The translations under genes and the position numbers were made by a program. Below, in pieces: positions 1 to 12,755 of a stretch of 64,000 bases of DNA. Numbering within the stretch: position 1 is the stretch's first letter; each line of letters opens with the position of its first letter. Source of the stretch: Octopus vulgaris (lineage: Eukaryota); contig OX597835.1 of NCBI GenBank assembly GCA_951406725.2, positions 22,196,001 to 22,260,000 of the forward strand, read 5' to 3'. The notes under the pieces are model-generated. The model saw only the letters and a list, made by a program, of their open reading frames with translations, ran no database searches and was not told the origin of the DNA.

Positions 1-1165
1 TCTGCTAATAACAACACAAATTGGCTCAAATTCTCTTGTCTCTAATTAACAATTAATTTCCTTTTTTTTTTTTTTTTTTTCCTGGGTGCCAACTTGAGAA
101 CCCTGGTTATTTGAGTGCCAGATAAGAGGGAGTTTACTGTAGTAGGGATTTCTTTGATTTTAACATCAACCATAGTCTTTACCCAAAATAAACCCCGAAC
201 CAACCCATGGGTCTTTTTATGTGTTTTTTTTTTCTACATCATCATCACCATCAACATTTAACATCCATTAAATGTTGATGATGTATTTAAAATTTAAGTG
301 TAATATGGTTAAAACTCCAGTCAGTATTAATTTCTGAATCTGGATAATTTAGGGCACAAAGCGTTACAGATGATGGGGTCACAAGATGAATCACAGTCAG
401 TGTAGTTCTATGAATGAGGAAAAATACGTTACCCTCCACACATTTAGAGGCAGAACATTCGGCAGCTGTTTTTTATTTATTTTTATTTTATAAAATTTTT
501 TTTTTTTTTTAGATTATTTAACTTTTTTTTCACCCTTGTCCTCTATATTGTTTGGAATCTTATATTTTCTTCTTTATATTTTGGTCAGTTTTTGAAAAAG
601 TGTAACAAGAATCCCACACATCCAAAAATGAATATGTGCATGAGTGTGTGTATATGTATGTCTCTGTGTGTGTGTGTATGTGTGTATATATATATATACG
701 TATGTGTATGCTGGTGGATATATCATTTACAAATCTGATCCATTCTTTGAACTGAACTTTGTTTTTAAAAAAATGGAGGGAAGGTACTGGTAGAGGTTCT
801 TTTCTGTTTGTGTTTCTCTCTCTCTCTCTCTCTTAGATGTCTCTGCCACTTGGTACCAATTCCACCCTAAAATCACACTCAACAGACATGGATTCATCTT
901 GCCATTCTTGTTTTCAAAAGATTGTTCTTGTTATTTAATTACATTTTTCCTTTCCATTTTCATCCCCTTTCCTCCACTCCACCCTCACATTTTCCCCCCT
1001 CTCACTTCCCTTCCACACACAATTTTACCTCTGCCCACATCCAGCCCAGCACCTAAGACGAACCCCCCTCCACACCCGCCCCAAATATTCATACATTATT
1101 TATTCACTATCTGTGAGTTCTTTTATAAAGAAATTTCTAATATTGTTGTTGTTATTATTATTATG

Positions 1166-2030
1166 AAGGTGGTGAGCTGGCAGAATCGTTAGCACACCGG
1201 GCGAAATGTATAGCGCTATTTCATCTGTCCTTATGTTCTGAGTTCAAATTTCACCGAGGTCAACTTTGCCTTTCATCTTTTTGGGGTCAATAAATTAAAT
1301 ACCTATTGTGTACTGGAGTCGATCTAATCGACTGGTCCCTTCCCGCAAAATTCCAGACCTTGTGCCTATAATAGAAAGGATTATTATTATTATTACTATT
1401 ATTATGGCAGCGGGCTGGCAGAATTGTTAGCACATTGGACAAAATGCTTAGCGGCATTTCATCCGCCTTTACATTCTGAGTTCAAGTTCCGCTGAGGTCT
1501 ACTTTACCTTTCATCCTTTCAGGGTTGATAAAAATAAATACCAGTCATGCACTGGGGTCAGTGTAAATTACTTTCCCCCAAAATTTCAGGACTTGTGCCT
1601 GTAGTAGAAAGGATTATTATTATTATTATTATTACTATTATGGCAGTGGTGAGCTGGCAGAATCGTTAGCACACCAGGCGAAATGCTTAGCAGTATTTCG
1701 TCTGTGGCTATGTTCTGAGTTCAAATTCTGCCAAGGTCGACTTGGCCTTTCATCCTTTTGGAATTGATAAATTAAGTACCAGTCAAGTACTGGGGTCAAT
1801 GTGATTGACTTACCCCTCCCTACAAATTTCAGGCCTTGTGCCTATAATAGAAAGTATCATTATTATTATTATTCTACTTAAGGCAAGCTGGCAGAGTTGT
1901 TAGTACACCGGGCAGAATGCTTGGTGGCATTTCATCTGTCTTTACTTTCTGAGTTCAAATTCTGCTAAGGTTGACTTCACCTTTCATCCTTTCAGGATGA
2001 TAAAATAAGTACCAGTTGTACACTGGGGGC
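1166..2030 (+). mobile_element. Four head-to-tail copies of tRNA-derived SINE family A separated by (TTA)n tails
   Basis: Each copy has an A-box-like GAGCTGGCAGAATCGTTAGC, a B-box GAGTTCAAATTC and the central GCCTTTCATCCTTTCGGGGTCGATAAA-AGTACCAG motif; copies start near 1166, 1406, 1642 and 1881. Confidence 0.9.
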
Positions 2031-2199
2031 AACTGGCAGATAAACGGAAGCTGGCAGAAGCCGAGAGAGACGAAAAGAGACAGAGAGAGAGAATGAGAAT
2101 CCTTTTAGCATTTAATCCGGCCATATCAGGCCCTAAATCCTTCACCTGTTTTGTGTCCAAACAGGCCAGATCCTATCTTTTACACCTGTCCTACAATCT

Positions 2200-2498
2200 T
2201 AAGATTGTAAGATTATTGTTTCGATTCCTGGGCAAGGCGATGCGTTATGTTCTTGCTCCACTCCACTCAGCTGACAAAAATGAGTAGACCTGCGACGGAC
2301 CGACGTCCTGTCCGAGTGGAGGATATATACGCCACTGAAACTGGGAAACCGGTCCTTATGAGTCTGAATGACTCGGGAAGGATCCTTATCCATCCAATTT
2401 CTGGGAAGGTTGTGAGGGTAGAGTTCGCACGTATGTTCTCTCAGAAACAACCATCGTTTGACATTCTGTCTGGGTTCCCAAACGTGACCAGATGAAAC
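2200..2498 (+). mobile_element. SINE family C fragment plus flank, inverted duplicate of 4060-4600
   Basis: Reverse complement matches 4060-4240 and 4477-4600, including a shared internal deletion and about 110 bp of 3' flank. Confidence 0.8.
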
Positions 2499-2974
2499 TT
2501 TATCTTATGCACACCACAATTTCACATTCGCTTATATTTTATTTACTGTCTTATGTTACAGTTGCTCTTGTGACAAAATTTAAAACCACCATTATTATTA
2601 TTATTATTTTCATTATTTGATATTTGATTTTTTTAAAAAGAACAAAAGGTGGGTTGGATTTAGTTCTCAGTAATAAAATGACTTTTTTTTCATGTTATGG
2701 CTTGTAATGTAAATAGTTGGGGTGGGGACAGGGATTTGCAGGGTGGGATATTAATTGAAATTTTTTTTTTTTTATAATTTAAAGGTAAGAATAGCAATTC
2801 CTTGTATTTGTTTGTAGATGGTCTCTACCCTGAACTCATTGAGTTTGCCATCCGTCCATTGATTGATACTTTTTTATTATCTCACCCCCAAAAGTAAATT
2901 CCTCTGTAAATCCCTCCCCCTATTTTCCTTTTCTTTTTCCCCTCTTCCATCATTATTTTCATTTTTTAATCTAC

Positions 2975-3000
2975 AATAAATATATTAAAAAAAAAAAAAA
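2975..3000 (+). other. Possible polyadenylation signal at the end of a 3'UTR-like region
   Basis: AATAAA at 2975-2980 followed by an A-run, in U-rich, CpG-depleted unique sequence. Confidence 0.25.
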
Positions 3001-3228
3001 TTATTAGAACAAATTTAACTACAAAGAAAACCAACATGAACCCCCACCCCCACTCCAATCTGCCTGCCCCTCCCCTTATTTCTCCAAATGCTATGTTGTA
3101 TGAAATGTAAATAGAATTTATTGTACATTGCATATTTTGATATATATATTTGTCACAAGAAGACTATAGTAAAATTTTTATGTACCACAAATGTTTCTTG
3201 TTTTCATTATACTTTAAAAAATTTATAT

Positions 3229-3715
3229 GGCTGTGTGGTAAGTAGCTTGTTTACCAACCACATATGGTTCCGGGTTCAGTCCCACTGCGTGGCACCTTGG
3301 GCAAGTGTCTTCTACTATAGCCTCGGGTCGACCAAAGCCTTGTGAGTGGATTTGGTAGATGGAAACTGAAACGCTGAATCTCAAGTAGTATTAAATTTTT
3401 TCTAGAAAAGTTTTATTTTAAAAAAAGTTATAGAGGTTTAAAGTTTGATCATTTTTTCCCAGTCTGAGAACAGACAGATATATATATATATATGCGTTTG
3501 TGTGTCTGTGTTTGTCCCCCTAGCATTGCTTGACAACCGATGCTGGTGTGTTTTTATGTCCCCATTACCTCGCGGTTCAGCAAAAGAGACCGATAGAATA
3601 AGTACTGGGCTTACAAAAGAATAAGTCCCGTGGTCGAGTTGCTCGATTAAAGGTGGTGCTCCAGCTTGGCCGCAGTCAAATGACAGAGAAGTAAAAGAGT
3701 AAAGAAAGTAAGAGT
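3229..3715 (+). mobile_element. SINE family B (CORE-like tRNA-derived SINE) interrupted by a 106-bp insert
   Basis: GGCTGTGTGGTAAG head, GGTTCAGTCCC B-box, CORE-like ACCTTGGGCAAGTGTCTT, tail GGTGCTCCAGC...GTAAAAGAG; insert 3372-3477 matches 6769-6858. Confidence 0.85.
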
Positions 3716-4059
3716 ATGAAGGTTCGGCAATTTCTTAACCGAACGATCACAGAAGAATTATTTGTTTAAAGTGATCAAACGTTTGTGTAGACATAAGCTC
3801 ACTCCCTCCCTCCATCAGATCAACATTACCTGTACAGGTGCGACAAGTGTCATATGTCAAGATGATCGCAGAACAATATGAAATGAAGTGCTTTGCTCAA
3901 GAACATAATGCAACGCCAGGGCTGGGAATTGAACCCACGATCTCGCAATCATGATGAGGGCAACACCTTAACCACTAAGCCTCTACTGTTCTTGCAGGTT
4001 TAGTTCCTGATGTGTTGCAATGCACCTAAGCACTGTATACCATAAATTCATTATATTAC

Positions 4060-4645
4060 AGTTTCATCTGGTCATGTTTGGGAACCCAGACAGAATGTCT
4101 AACGATGGTTGTTTCTGAGAGGACATACGTGCGAACTCTACCCTCATAACCCTCCCAGAAATTGAATGGATAGATGGATAAGGATCCTTCCCGAGTCATT
4201 CAGACTCATAAGGACCGGTTTCCCAGTTTCGGTGGCGTATATATATATTTCTTTACTACACACAAGGGACTAAACCCAGAGGGGACCAACAAGGACAGAC
4301 AAAGGAATTAAGTCGATTACATCGACTCCAGTGCGTAACTGGTACTTAATTTATCGACCCCGAAAGGATGAAAGGCAAAGTCGACCTCGGCGGAATTTGA
4401 ACTCAGAACGTAACGGCAGACGAAATACGGCTATGCATTTCGCCCAGCGTGCTAACGTTTCTGCCAGCTCGCCGCCCTGTTTCTCCTCCACTTGGACGGA
4501 ACGTCGGTCCGTCGCAGGAGTACTCATTTTTGCCAGCTGAGTGGAGTGGAGCAAGAACATGACGCATCGCCTTGACCAGGAATCGAAACTATAATCTTAC
4601 GGTCTTGAGTCCAACACCCTAACCACTAAGCCACGCGCCTCCACT
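4060..4645 (-). mobile_element. SINE family C copy with a nested SINE A (4246-4476)
   Basis: tRNA-like head GGAGGCGCGTGGCTTAGTGGTTAGGG on the minus strand at 4645-4620; a full SINE A on the minus strand interrupts it. Confidence 0.85.
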
Positions 4646-4977
4646 CCCAGGAATAGTGGACAGAAAAAATGGATGAAATAGAAGGAAAAAGCGGCGAGAA
4701 ATTACAAGGGAGATAACTTTGTAACTGATAGGCGGTAACTCGTATAACAGCGTATTTCAGTGGTTACTTCCCTTGCATTATCGGCGCGTTTTCAATTTAT
4801 TTCTTTTTAATCAAAGGTGATGCAGTGTTGCCTTTTGTAGCTCCTTTCTCTGGATTCACTTTGAATTTGTGTAAATCAATGGGTATTATTTCAAGTGTCT
4901 TCCATAATAACCCCGGACCGATCAATGCCTTGTGAGTGAATTTGGTACAAGGAAACTGTGTCGAAGCCCGTTGCATT

Positions 4978-5170
4978 GTCTGTGTGGTAAGTAGCTTGCT
5001 AACCAACCACATGGTTCCGGGTTCAGTCCCACTGCGTGGCACCTTGGCCAAGTGTCTTCTGCTATAGCCTCGGGCCGACCAAAGCCTTGTGAGTGGATTT
5101 GGTAGACGGAAACTGAAAGAAGCCCGTCGAATATATGTATATATATATATATATGCATGTGTGTGTCTTG
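4978..5170 (+). mobile_element. SINE family B, 5' part
   Basis: Matches the family B consensus through GAAAGAAGCCCGTCG. Confidence 0.85.
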
Positions 5171-5299
5171 CCATTAAAAAACTGGGTTATCTCCCGAGTT
5201 CATGTGGCGACAAGAGATTGGATTAAAAGAGTTAGGTCCTTTCGATTCAATACTTCAACACATTGTTGACGTTTGGCCTCCTCAATAGGAATGGTAGTA

Positions 5300-5684
5300 T
5301 CTTTATATATAAAAGTGAGGTTGTGTGTCTATCTCCTACGATTTAGATTCCTAACTACTCCCACATTTTGCGGTGCAGTTTAACCAAAAGCGGGTATCTT
5401 ATAGTCGTGATTCATATCGAGCCCTTCTGGGTATTAGCGCGCGTCTACGATTTAAAAAAAAAATTTACCATAAATTTTTCCCATTTTTAATGCATTGTTG
5501 GCATATATAAGGGAAGCACCTCTCTAAATATTTATTATTAAATCTCAGAACGTAAAAAGCTACAGTAACACCCCCCCCCTTTGTGGTTAACCATATTGAG
5601 ATGGCTATTATACTTTACATCTCTAAAAATGCTTATATAGTTATTTCCCTTACAAACCCGAGCAACGCCGGGCGATACTGCTAG
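5300..5684 (+). mobile_element. Non-autonomous Helitron
   Basis: 5' TC after host A, 3' GC-rich hairpin-like CCCGAGCAACGCCGGG then CTAG before host T, no TSD; near-identical copy at 19482-19877. Confidence 0.85.
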
Positions 5685-6107
5685 TTTGTTATAAAAATGT
5701 TATCAGATTCAGTGAGATGTTTGATTTTTTTCAGTTTTCATGTTTATTAATTTTTTCAGTTTTGTATTATCAGATTCAAAATGATGTTTCATCCTTTCAC
5801 TTTTTATGTTTATTAATTTAAAAAAAATTTTTTGTTTGTTTTATTGAGGGTTAAACAAATTTTTTTATTGAAGGAGATAACCGAAAAGTACCGATATTTA
5901 TCATAAAACGGGGTGGGGGGAAGATAGCTCAATTTTTTCAATGGGAGTGAGATAATAAAAAAGTACCACTCAATGGACGGATGGCAAACTCAGTGAGTTC
6001 GACACCTCTTGAACACGGATTTACAAAGGTATGAAACTAAGTACTGTAACATAAGACAGTAAATAAAATATAAGCGAATGTGAAGTTGTGGTGTGCATAA
6101 GATAAAG

Positions 6108-6342
6108 GATAGAACTCCTTCTCGAGTTATATTGACTCATAGGGTCGGTTCCCCGGATTCTTTGGCATAGATATTGCCCTCTAGGACGCAAAACAGTCCG
6201 TCGCAGGAATCCTTAGTTTTGCCAGCAATGTGAAATGAAGTGTTTCGCTCAAGGATACCAAGTATCACTCGATCCCGGAATCAGGACCACAGCCTTACGA
6301 CCATGTGTCCAACACCCTAACCACTAAGCCATGCGTCCCCAC
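6108..6342 (-). mobile_element. SINE family C, diverged
   Basis: Plus-strand CCAACACCCTAACCACTAAGCC head and GTCCGTCGCAGG central motif. Confidence 0.7.
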
Positions 6343-7263
6343 CCCCATTGCATGTATTTTCTAAATAGATTTGTCTGCAGTATGGACGAAGTAAAATATC
6401 TTCGACCACAGTCAAACCGAACGTTTGTGATCGTAGGTTTTTTCAGATAGCGACGAGTGTCTTCTGTGCAAGACAGAAGACCATAAAAATGTACTTGGTT
6501 TCATACCTTTGTAAATCCGTGTTCAAGAGGTGTTCATACACAGACACACACATATACACACACACATTCACACACACACACACACACACATTCACACACA
6601 CACCAATCACATCATCAACATCTCGAAGCTACAAGATAATTCATGATTAATTCAAAACTATGTGAATAAGCATTAAACTCGACGGATCTTTTTTTGTTTG
6701 GTTGCATCTGTGGAAATTTCAGAGTTTAGTGAAAATTGTAAAATTTCATGCTTTGATTTAATTTTCCCCGCTGAATCTCAAAATTTTTTCTAGAAAAGCT
6801 TTTTTTTTTCTAAGAGGTTTAAAGTTTGATCATTTTTTCCCAGTCTGAGAACAGACAGCCAAACAGAAAAGATCCGACTTAACTGAGTAATGTGAATGCT
6901 AAATGGTTAAATGAACATCGGTGACTTAAGATTCGGCTTAACCTTGATTCATACGCACCAAACAAACTTATGTAAATTTGTCGTGTCTCGGGGATCATGA
7001 AAATAGAAATATACGTAATTAAAATATAGAAACTACGAAATGGGTTTAGTTTCTGTATATGAGTAATAAAATTAAATGAAATGAAGAAAAAGAAAGAAAA
7101 AGGAAATTAAACCTGAAAATAGATGTAATATTAAGCTAAAAATAATAACAGAGAAATTAATTTAATAATAATCGAGTTATGTTAAATATCGTTAATGTCC
7201 CGGGTTGTAATAAGACTTTGTTGTTTCTGGTTTCGTTGTTTCCGTTTTTCGTTTTATTCTTAC

Positions 7264-7275
7264 TTTCCTGGGACA
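7264..7275 (-). other. Candidate 12-nt microexon
   Basis: Minus strand TTATTTTCGTCTGCAG|TGTCCCAGGAAA|GTAAGA; a further acceptor CTATTTTCAG opens an exon at 7112. Confidence 0.35.
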
Positions 7276-7397
7276 CTGCAGACGAAAATAATTAAATAAA
7301 TGAATAGATAAACATGAAAGAGTATCAAATCTCCTTGAAAGGAAGAACTTCGTTTCTTATTCTTTATTGACATATGACTGAGTACTTTACAAAATCG

Positions 7398-7755
7398 TAA
7401 CCATGTGGTTTCAGGTTCAGTCACACTGCACCTTGGGCAAGTGTCTTCTGCTATAGCCTCGGGCCGACCAAAGCCTTGTGAGTGGATTTGGTAGACTGAA
7501 ACTGAAAGAAGCCCGTCGAATATATGTATATATATATGCATGTGTGCATGTGTGTGTCTGTGTTTGTCCCCCTATCATTGCTTGACAACCGGTGCTGGTG
7601 TGTTTATGTCCCCGTTACTTAGCGGTTCGGCAAAAGAGACCGATAGAATAAGTACTGGGATTACAAAAAGAATAAGTCCTGGGGTCGAGTTGCTCGATTA
7701 AAAGGCGGTGCTCCAGCATGGCCGCAGTCAAATGACTGAAACAAGTAAAAGAGTA
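7398..7755 (+). mobile_element. SINE family B
   Basis: Near full-length match, with internal microsatellite and 3' tail AAACAAGTAAAAGAG. Confidence 0.9.
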
Positions 7756-7773
7756 TACACACACACACATACA

Positions 7774-7809
<36 letters not shown>

Positions 7810-7889
7810 TATGTGAAAGGTTTTCTGACTAATGCAAAATTGAAAAAACCGACGAGTGTCTTCTGTGCAAGACCATAAAAATATTCAAA

Positions 7890-8230
7890 TATTCAAAATG
7901 GCGCATAAAAATATTCAATGACCTCAGGAAGATTCAAGAATCTTCATTAGATTGGGCTAATGGTTGAGCAAGCAACCAGGGAAAGAAAACCAGTCCCATG
8001 TTTTGAGTGTGATGAACTGATCTCGCCAGTCGTCTACAGAAACTCGTCGGAATGTCTCAAGTTTAATTATAACTAATTTCTAGCAGCCAATATGATATGT
8101 AATCGATATCGTAGGGAAATATTCCAATCGATCTGGATTCACTCAGCACATGAAAGAATATGATCAGGCTGCTGTACAGAACGAGCGTCCGATGGCAGCA
8201 CGGGAAAATGAATGCCGTAGCTGCAGCAAA
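7890..8230 (+). pseudogene. Possible decayed RTE-type LINE C-terminal and zinc-finger remnant
   Basis: Broken frames read SKWRIKIFNDLRKIQE, FECDE, and GKYSNRSGFTQHMK...ECRSCSK, reminiscent of RTE C-termini with C2H2-like fingers. Confidence 0.3.
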
Positions 8231-8255
8231 ATATATATATATATATATAACTCAC

Positions 8256-8283
8256 TTGCTGGTTTTGAAGGGTTCCATAGTTA
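8256..8283 (-). other. Candidate 28-nt exon
   Basis: Minus strand CCTTTTCTCCTTTCCTCTTTGTTAG|TAACTATGGAACCCTTCAAAACCAGCAA|GTGAGT. Confidence 0.4.
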
Positions 8284-8554
8284 CTAACAAAGAGGAAAGG
8301 AGAAAAGGCTCGGAAACAAGAAAATTTTTCGGAGATGATCATAATCGTCCAACCAGACGACAGCTATCGCGCGCGCGCGTGTGTGTGTGCGTGCGCGTGC
8401 GATGTGTAATGTGTGTAAATGTGTGACGTATTACTCAAAACACACCAGGAGTGTACTTTCAAACAAGAAATCTGTTTGAGTGCAGAGTGACTGATGTATT
8501 GGGTTCAGGGCCACGTAATTTAATATATTTAAACTAGTTGAATAAAGTATTTGA

Positions 8555-8603
<49 letters not shown>

Positions 8604-8605
8604 CG

Positions 8606-8651
<46 letters not shown>

Positions 8652-8661
8652 CACATCTTTC

Positions 8662-9012
8662 ATCTTTTATTCTCTACTTGTTCCAGTCGCAAGACTGAAG
8701 AATTTTTGAAGAACTTTTTAATCGAATGAATCGACCCCAGCACTTGGTTTTATTTAAGGCTGTTACTTATTGTATCGGTTTCTTTTGCCTAACCACTAAG
8801 TTACGGAGAATTAAACACACCAACACCGGTTGTCAAGCGGTGGTGGAAGACAAACACACACATTTATATACGATGAGCTTCTTTCAATTTCCATCTACCA
8901 AATCTACTCACAAGGCTTTGCTGGGCCCGAGGTGATAGTAGAGGACACATGGCCAAAGCGCCACGCAGTGGGACTGAACCCGGAACCATGTGGCTGGGAA
9001 GCAATCTTCTAG
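8662..9012 (-). mobile_element. SINE family B, diverged
   Basis: Reverse complement of the family B consensus. Confidence 0.8.
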
Positions 9013-9145
9013 CTACAAGATTTATTAGAATCTAGGCGCATCAACACGTAGGGCGTCAGATGTGACTAGGTACCATCGAAACAACCATTTAGTGTCACCT
9101 GTTGGTAGTGCACAGCAGCTATGTACACACACACATATGTATATA

Positions 9146-9186
<41 letters not shown>

Positions 9187-9188
9187 AT

Positions 9189-9238
<50 letters not shown>

Positions 9239-9630
9239 GTGTGTGTATGTGTGTATGTATGTATACACATCGGTACCAAATCCAAAAAAATAAACCGTAG
9301 ATTTGACTCATGGTTGGTCTCTGGTGTGGCGTGGGTATACAAAGAAGAACATAAATGGAGTTTAAAATTCACTACAGCTGTTTCGGTAGCTTTTCATTGA
9401 CGTATTGATAAATGACATCATAGCATAAATCTGTAGTCCTCAGATAACAACATTTTAAACAGGTATAAACTAGCAAGCTGAAAGCTTGATGATGTCTTAT
9501 TCAACAACCAACGTGAATGAATAAGTGATATTTTAATCAAGAACAATCGGATGTATAGAAAAATCAGAGAAGTGTAACGGACTTCTGGGAGCAAAGAGGT
9601 CAAAACAACCTTATTATTTCAAGCAGCTAA

Positions 9631-9845
9631 GGCGAGGAGCTGGCAGAATCGTTAGCACACCGGATGAAATGCTTAGCGGTGTTTCTTCAGTTTTTACGTT
9701 CTGAGTTCAAATTCTGCCGAAGTCGACTTTACCTTTCATCCTTTCGGGGTCGATAAAGTATGTACCAGTGAAACACTGGGGTCGATGTAATCAATTAGTT
9801 CCCTCCCACCAAATTTGAGGCCTTGTTCCTATAGGAGGAAGGATC
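9631..9845 (+). mobile_element. SINE family A
   Basis: A and B boxes plus central motif. Confidence 0.85.
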
Positions 9846-11099
9846 ATTTCAAGTAGTTATCTTAATTAGTTTATAGCCGTGAACCGCTGTGAAGAAATGT
9901 CAGGAAGCAGGCAGGCCGCGAAATTTTTTCCTCACGAGAGTTCCGGACCCCAGTAATGAACTCATTTGCATACAACTAATCAGAATAGAGCCACCTTTAT
10001 CTTTTCTTCCGTTCTAGTCAGCACCGGGCATTCCTTACACTTTCCCTCTCTACTGGCAGACAGCAATTTCTCCGTCCTATAACAACCTGTCGGGGAAACG
10101 AATAAATATATGTAAATAATATTTCTTCCTTCTTGGTGTTGATTCTTCGATATTCACTGGTAACTCCGACGTTGGCACGATATTACACTTGCCCAAACTG
10201 AATTGCTGGGATTATTTAATTTTTTTCCAGAAAAATGTTTTTAAAAAGTTCAGGGAGATAAAACAGCCGATTTTGGGAGCAGCAGTTAGACAGAAATCGG
10301 TCATCACCATTCTATGCTGGTACACAAACATAAGTCACACCCGAAAATAAGTAGCATCCCCGGTATTTGTGCAGCCCTGCCTCTCACCCTCTCTCCCTCT
10401 CTCCCACCCTCTCCTGTTGTCAAATCCTGGACGTTCCACTAAATCTAGGACAAGCCGAGAGGTATCCATGATCGATCGGGACCAAGTAGGCACACTTAAT
10501 TAGCGGAAACATAGTGTGTGTTCCCAAGTCAAACTCGCTTGCGAGTGACGGTTATGTTTTACACACACACACAACTACACACACATATATACACTCATAT
10601 ATGGAGAGAGAGAGACAGACAGAGACAGAGAGACAGAGAGAGAGAGACAGACAGAGACAGACAGAGAGAGACAGACAGAGACAGAGAGACAGAGAGAGCG
10701 TGGTGGGGATTGACTCTACGCAACAAATAAACAAACGATATAGTTTTACTTACCGTTTGTTCGCCGTCACCACTCTACTATACAAGGTCTTTTTCTCTGT
10801 AATGTTCACCAAACTTCCAAACATCATACCAAGTGGGTGCGACAAGCGTATAATGTACCATTTTCTCCCAATCCCAGACTAATATTCATGTTACACATCC
10901 ATCACATTACGACGACATATTTCAAGGTTGTAAGCAATAGGAACCAAGAAACCAAGGAACCAACCAAAAACGTCACCTAAATAACAGGCGATCACTAATG
11001 CCGTCTCCCAAATTTTCTGGACAAATGCGCTTATTAAAAGAAATTCACAATAACATATCACAGATGTGTCTTATATGTTATTTTGCACATATTTCAGTC

Positions 11100-11847
11100 C
11101 AGGGCCGGCCCGTGAAAATTTTTTTCCCACGCGAGTTCCGGACCCCAGTTATGAACTCATTTGGATACAGCCAATCAGAGCTCAACTATCAAACTAATTT
11201 ATGAGCGCATAACAAGTGATGGGCGATAAGATGAGGTCACTTGGTGTAAGGAATGATCATGCTTCTTTTCTCTTTTAAGTTCTGAGTTCAAATTCTGCCG
11301 AAGTCGATCTTTACCTTTCATCCTTTCGGGGTCGATAAAGTATGTACCAGTGAAACACTGGGGTCGATGTAATTTGCTTGTTGTTTTCTGCGTAATTATT
11401 TGTGTTGTAGTTTACTTTGTAAAACAGTAAGGGGAGAGGGTTGCTAGCATATCACCCTCTTTCCGCATTTTCCCATCCACATCTTTATCATACGGGGCCC
11501 TAACAAAATCTGATTGTAGGTATACATGCAAATCTATCTAATAAATCAGACATAATTTGGCGGTCTTGAGTTTACTTGGTAGAATGTGTTTTTAACTTGG
11601 CAACAAGATCAAGGTGAGCTCTGATTGGCCGTATGCAAATGAGTTCATTACTGGGTTCCGGAACTCTCGTGGGAAAAAAATCACGACCGGCCCTAGGATT
11701 GCTGGCGCCCCGGGCAAGTTGAACTTCGACATGTACAAGCTGACGGTCGTGGAAATTTCCTTGTCTTTGTCACGCCCTCCTTGGCGTCCCCTAGCGCATG
11801 GAGCTCCGGGTAACTGCCCGAGTTGCCGGTAACTTGAGCCCGCCTTG
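11100..11847. mobile_element. Composite hAT-like MITE with 8-bp TSD and a nested inverted-repeat element (11111-11685)
   Basis: TSD TTTCAGTC at 11092-11099 and 11848-11855; termini CAGGGCCGGC and GCCCGCCTTG; inner ~75-bp TIRs at 11111-11187 and 11612-11685. Confidence 0.75.
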
Positions 11848-12003
11848 TTTCAGTCATTGGACTGCGGTCATGCTGGGGCACCGCCGTGAAGGTGTTTTTT
11901 TTTAGTCGAACAAATCAACTCCTGTACATATTTATTTCTTTAACCCTGGTACTTATTTCATCGGTTCCCGTAAACAAACCACCACCGGTGAAGGACAGAC
12001 ACA

Positions 12004-12040
<37 letters not shown>

Positions 12041-12267
12041 TTGAAGTATAAGTATACATACGAGTAGATGCTGAAAAGCTCCCGGCTTTTGGTAAAAGAA
12101 AATATAGGAGGACCAGTTAATTATGGGTTTTTTTTTCAACATATTCCTCTCTCACATTCACACTTATTACAGCGGTCCTTTAGCGGCCCCGTGAAAGAAT
12201 TCAGAAGGTTGGGCCTCCAATCAAGCCTTCTGCATTACCCTTAAAGCCAGGAACTTTTCATCACCCC

Positions 12268-12755
12268 TCTTACTCTCTTTACTCTTTTACTTGTTTCAGT
12301 CATTTGACTGCGGCCATGCTGGAGCACCGCCTTTAATCGAGCAACTCGAGCCCGGGACTTATTCTTTTGTAAGCCCAGTACTTATTCTATCGGTCTCTTT
12401 TGCCGAACCGCTAAGAAACGGGGACATAAACACACCAGCATCGGTTGTCAAGCAATACTAGGGGACAAACACAGACACACAAACACACACACGCATATAT
12501 ATATATATATATACATATATACGACAGGCTTCTTTCAGTTTCCTCTCGTATATATTTATATATATTTATATATATTTACACACACACACGTGCTCACGCA
12601 ACCGACTTCTTTCTGTTTCCATCTATGAAATCCGCTTACAAGGCTTTGGTCGACCCGGGGCTATAGTGGAAGACACTTGCCGAAGTTGCCGCTCCGGGGA
12701 TCGAACCCGAGACCACACTGTTGGGAAGCAACCTTCTTAACCACACAGCCACACC
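12268..12755 (-). mobile_element. SINE family B copies (12268-12545 and 12600-12755)
   Basis: Reverse complement of the family B tail and head. Confidence 0.85.

Noticed and set aside
4331-4540. Recurrent MRNWYLIYRPRKDERQS and RRASFSFRLPNPLTRL ORFs
   Set aside because: Incidental frames within SINE A and SINE B copies
4570-4645. tRNA-like sequences with A and B boxes
   Set aside because: SINE heads that run on into SINE bodies; no complete cloverleaf seen
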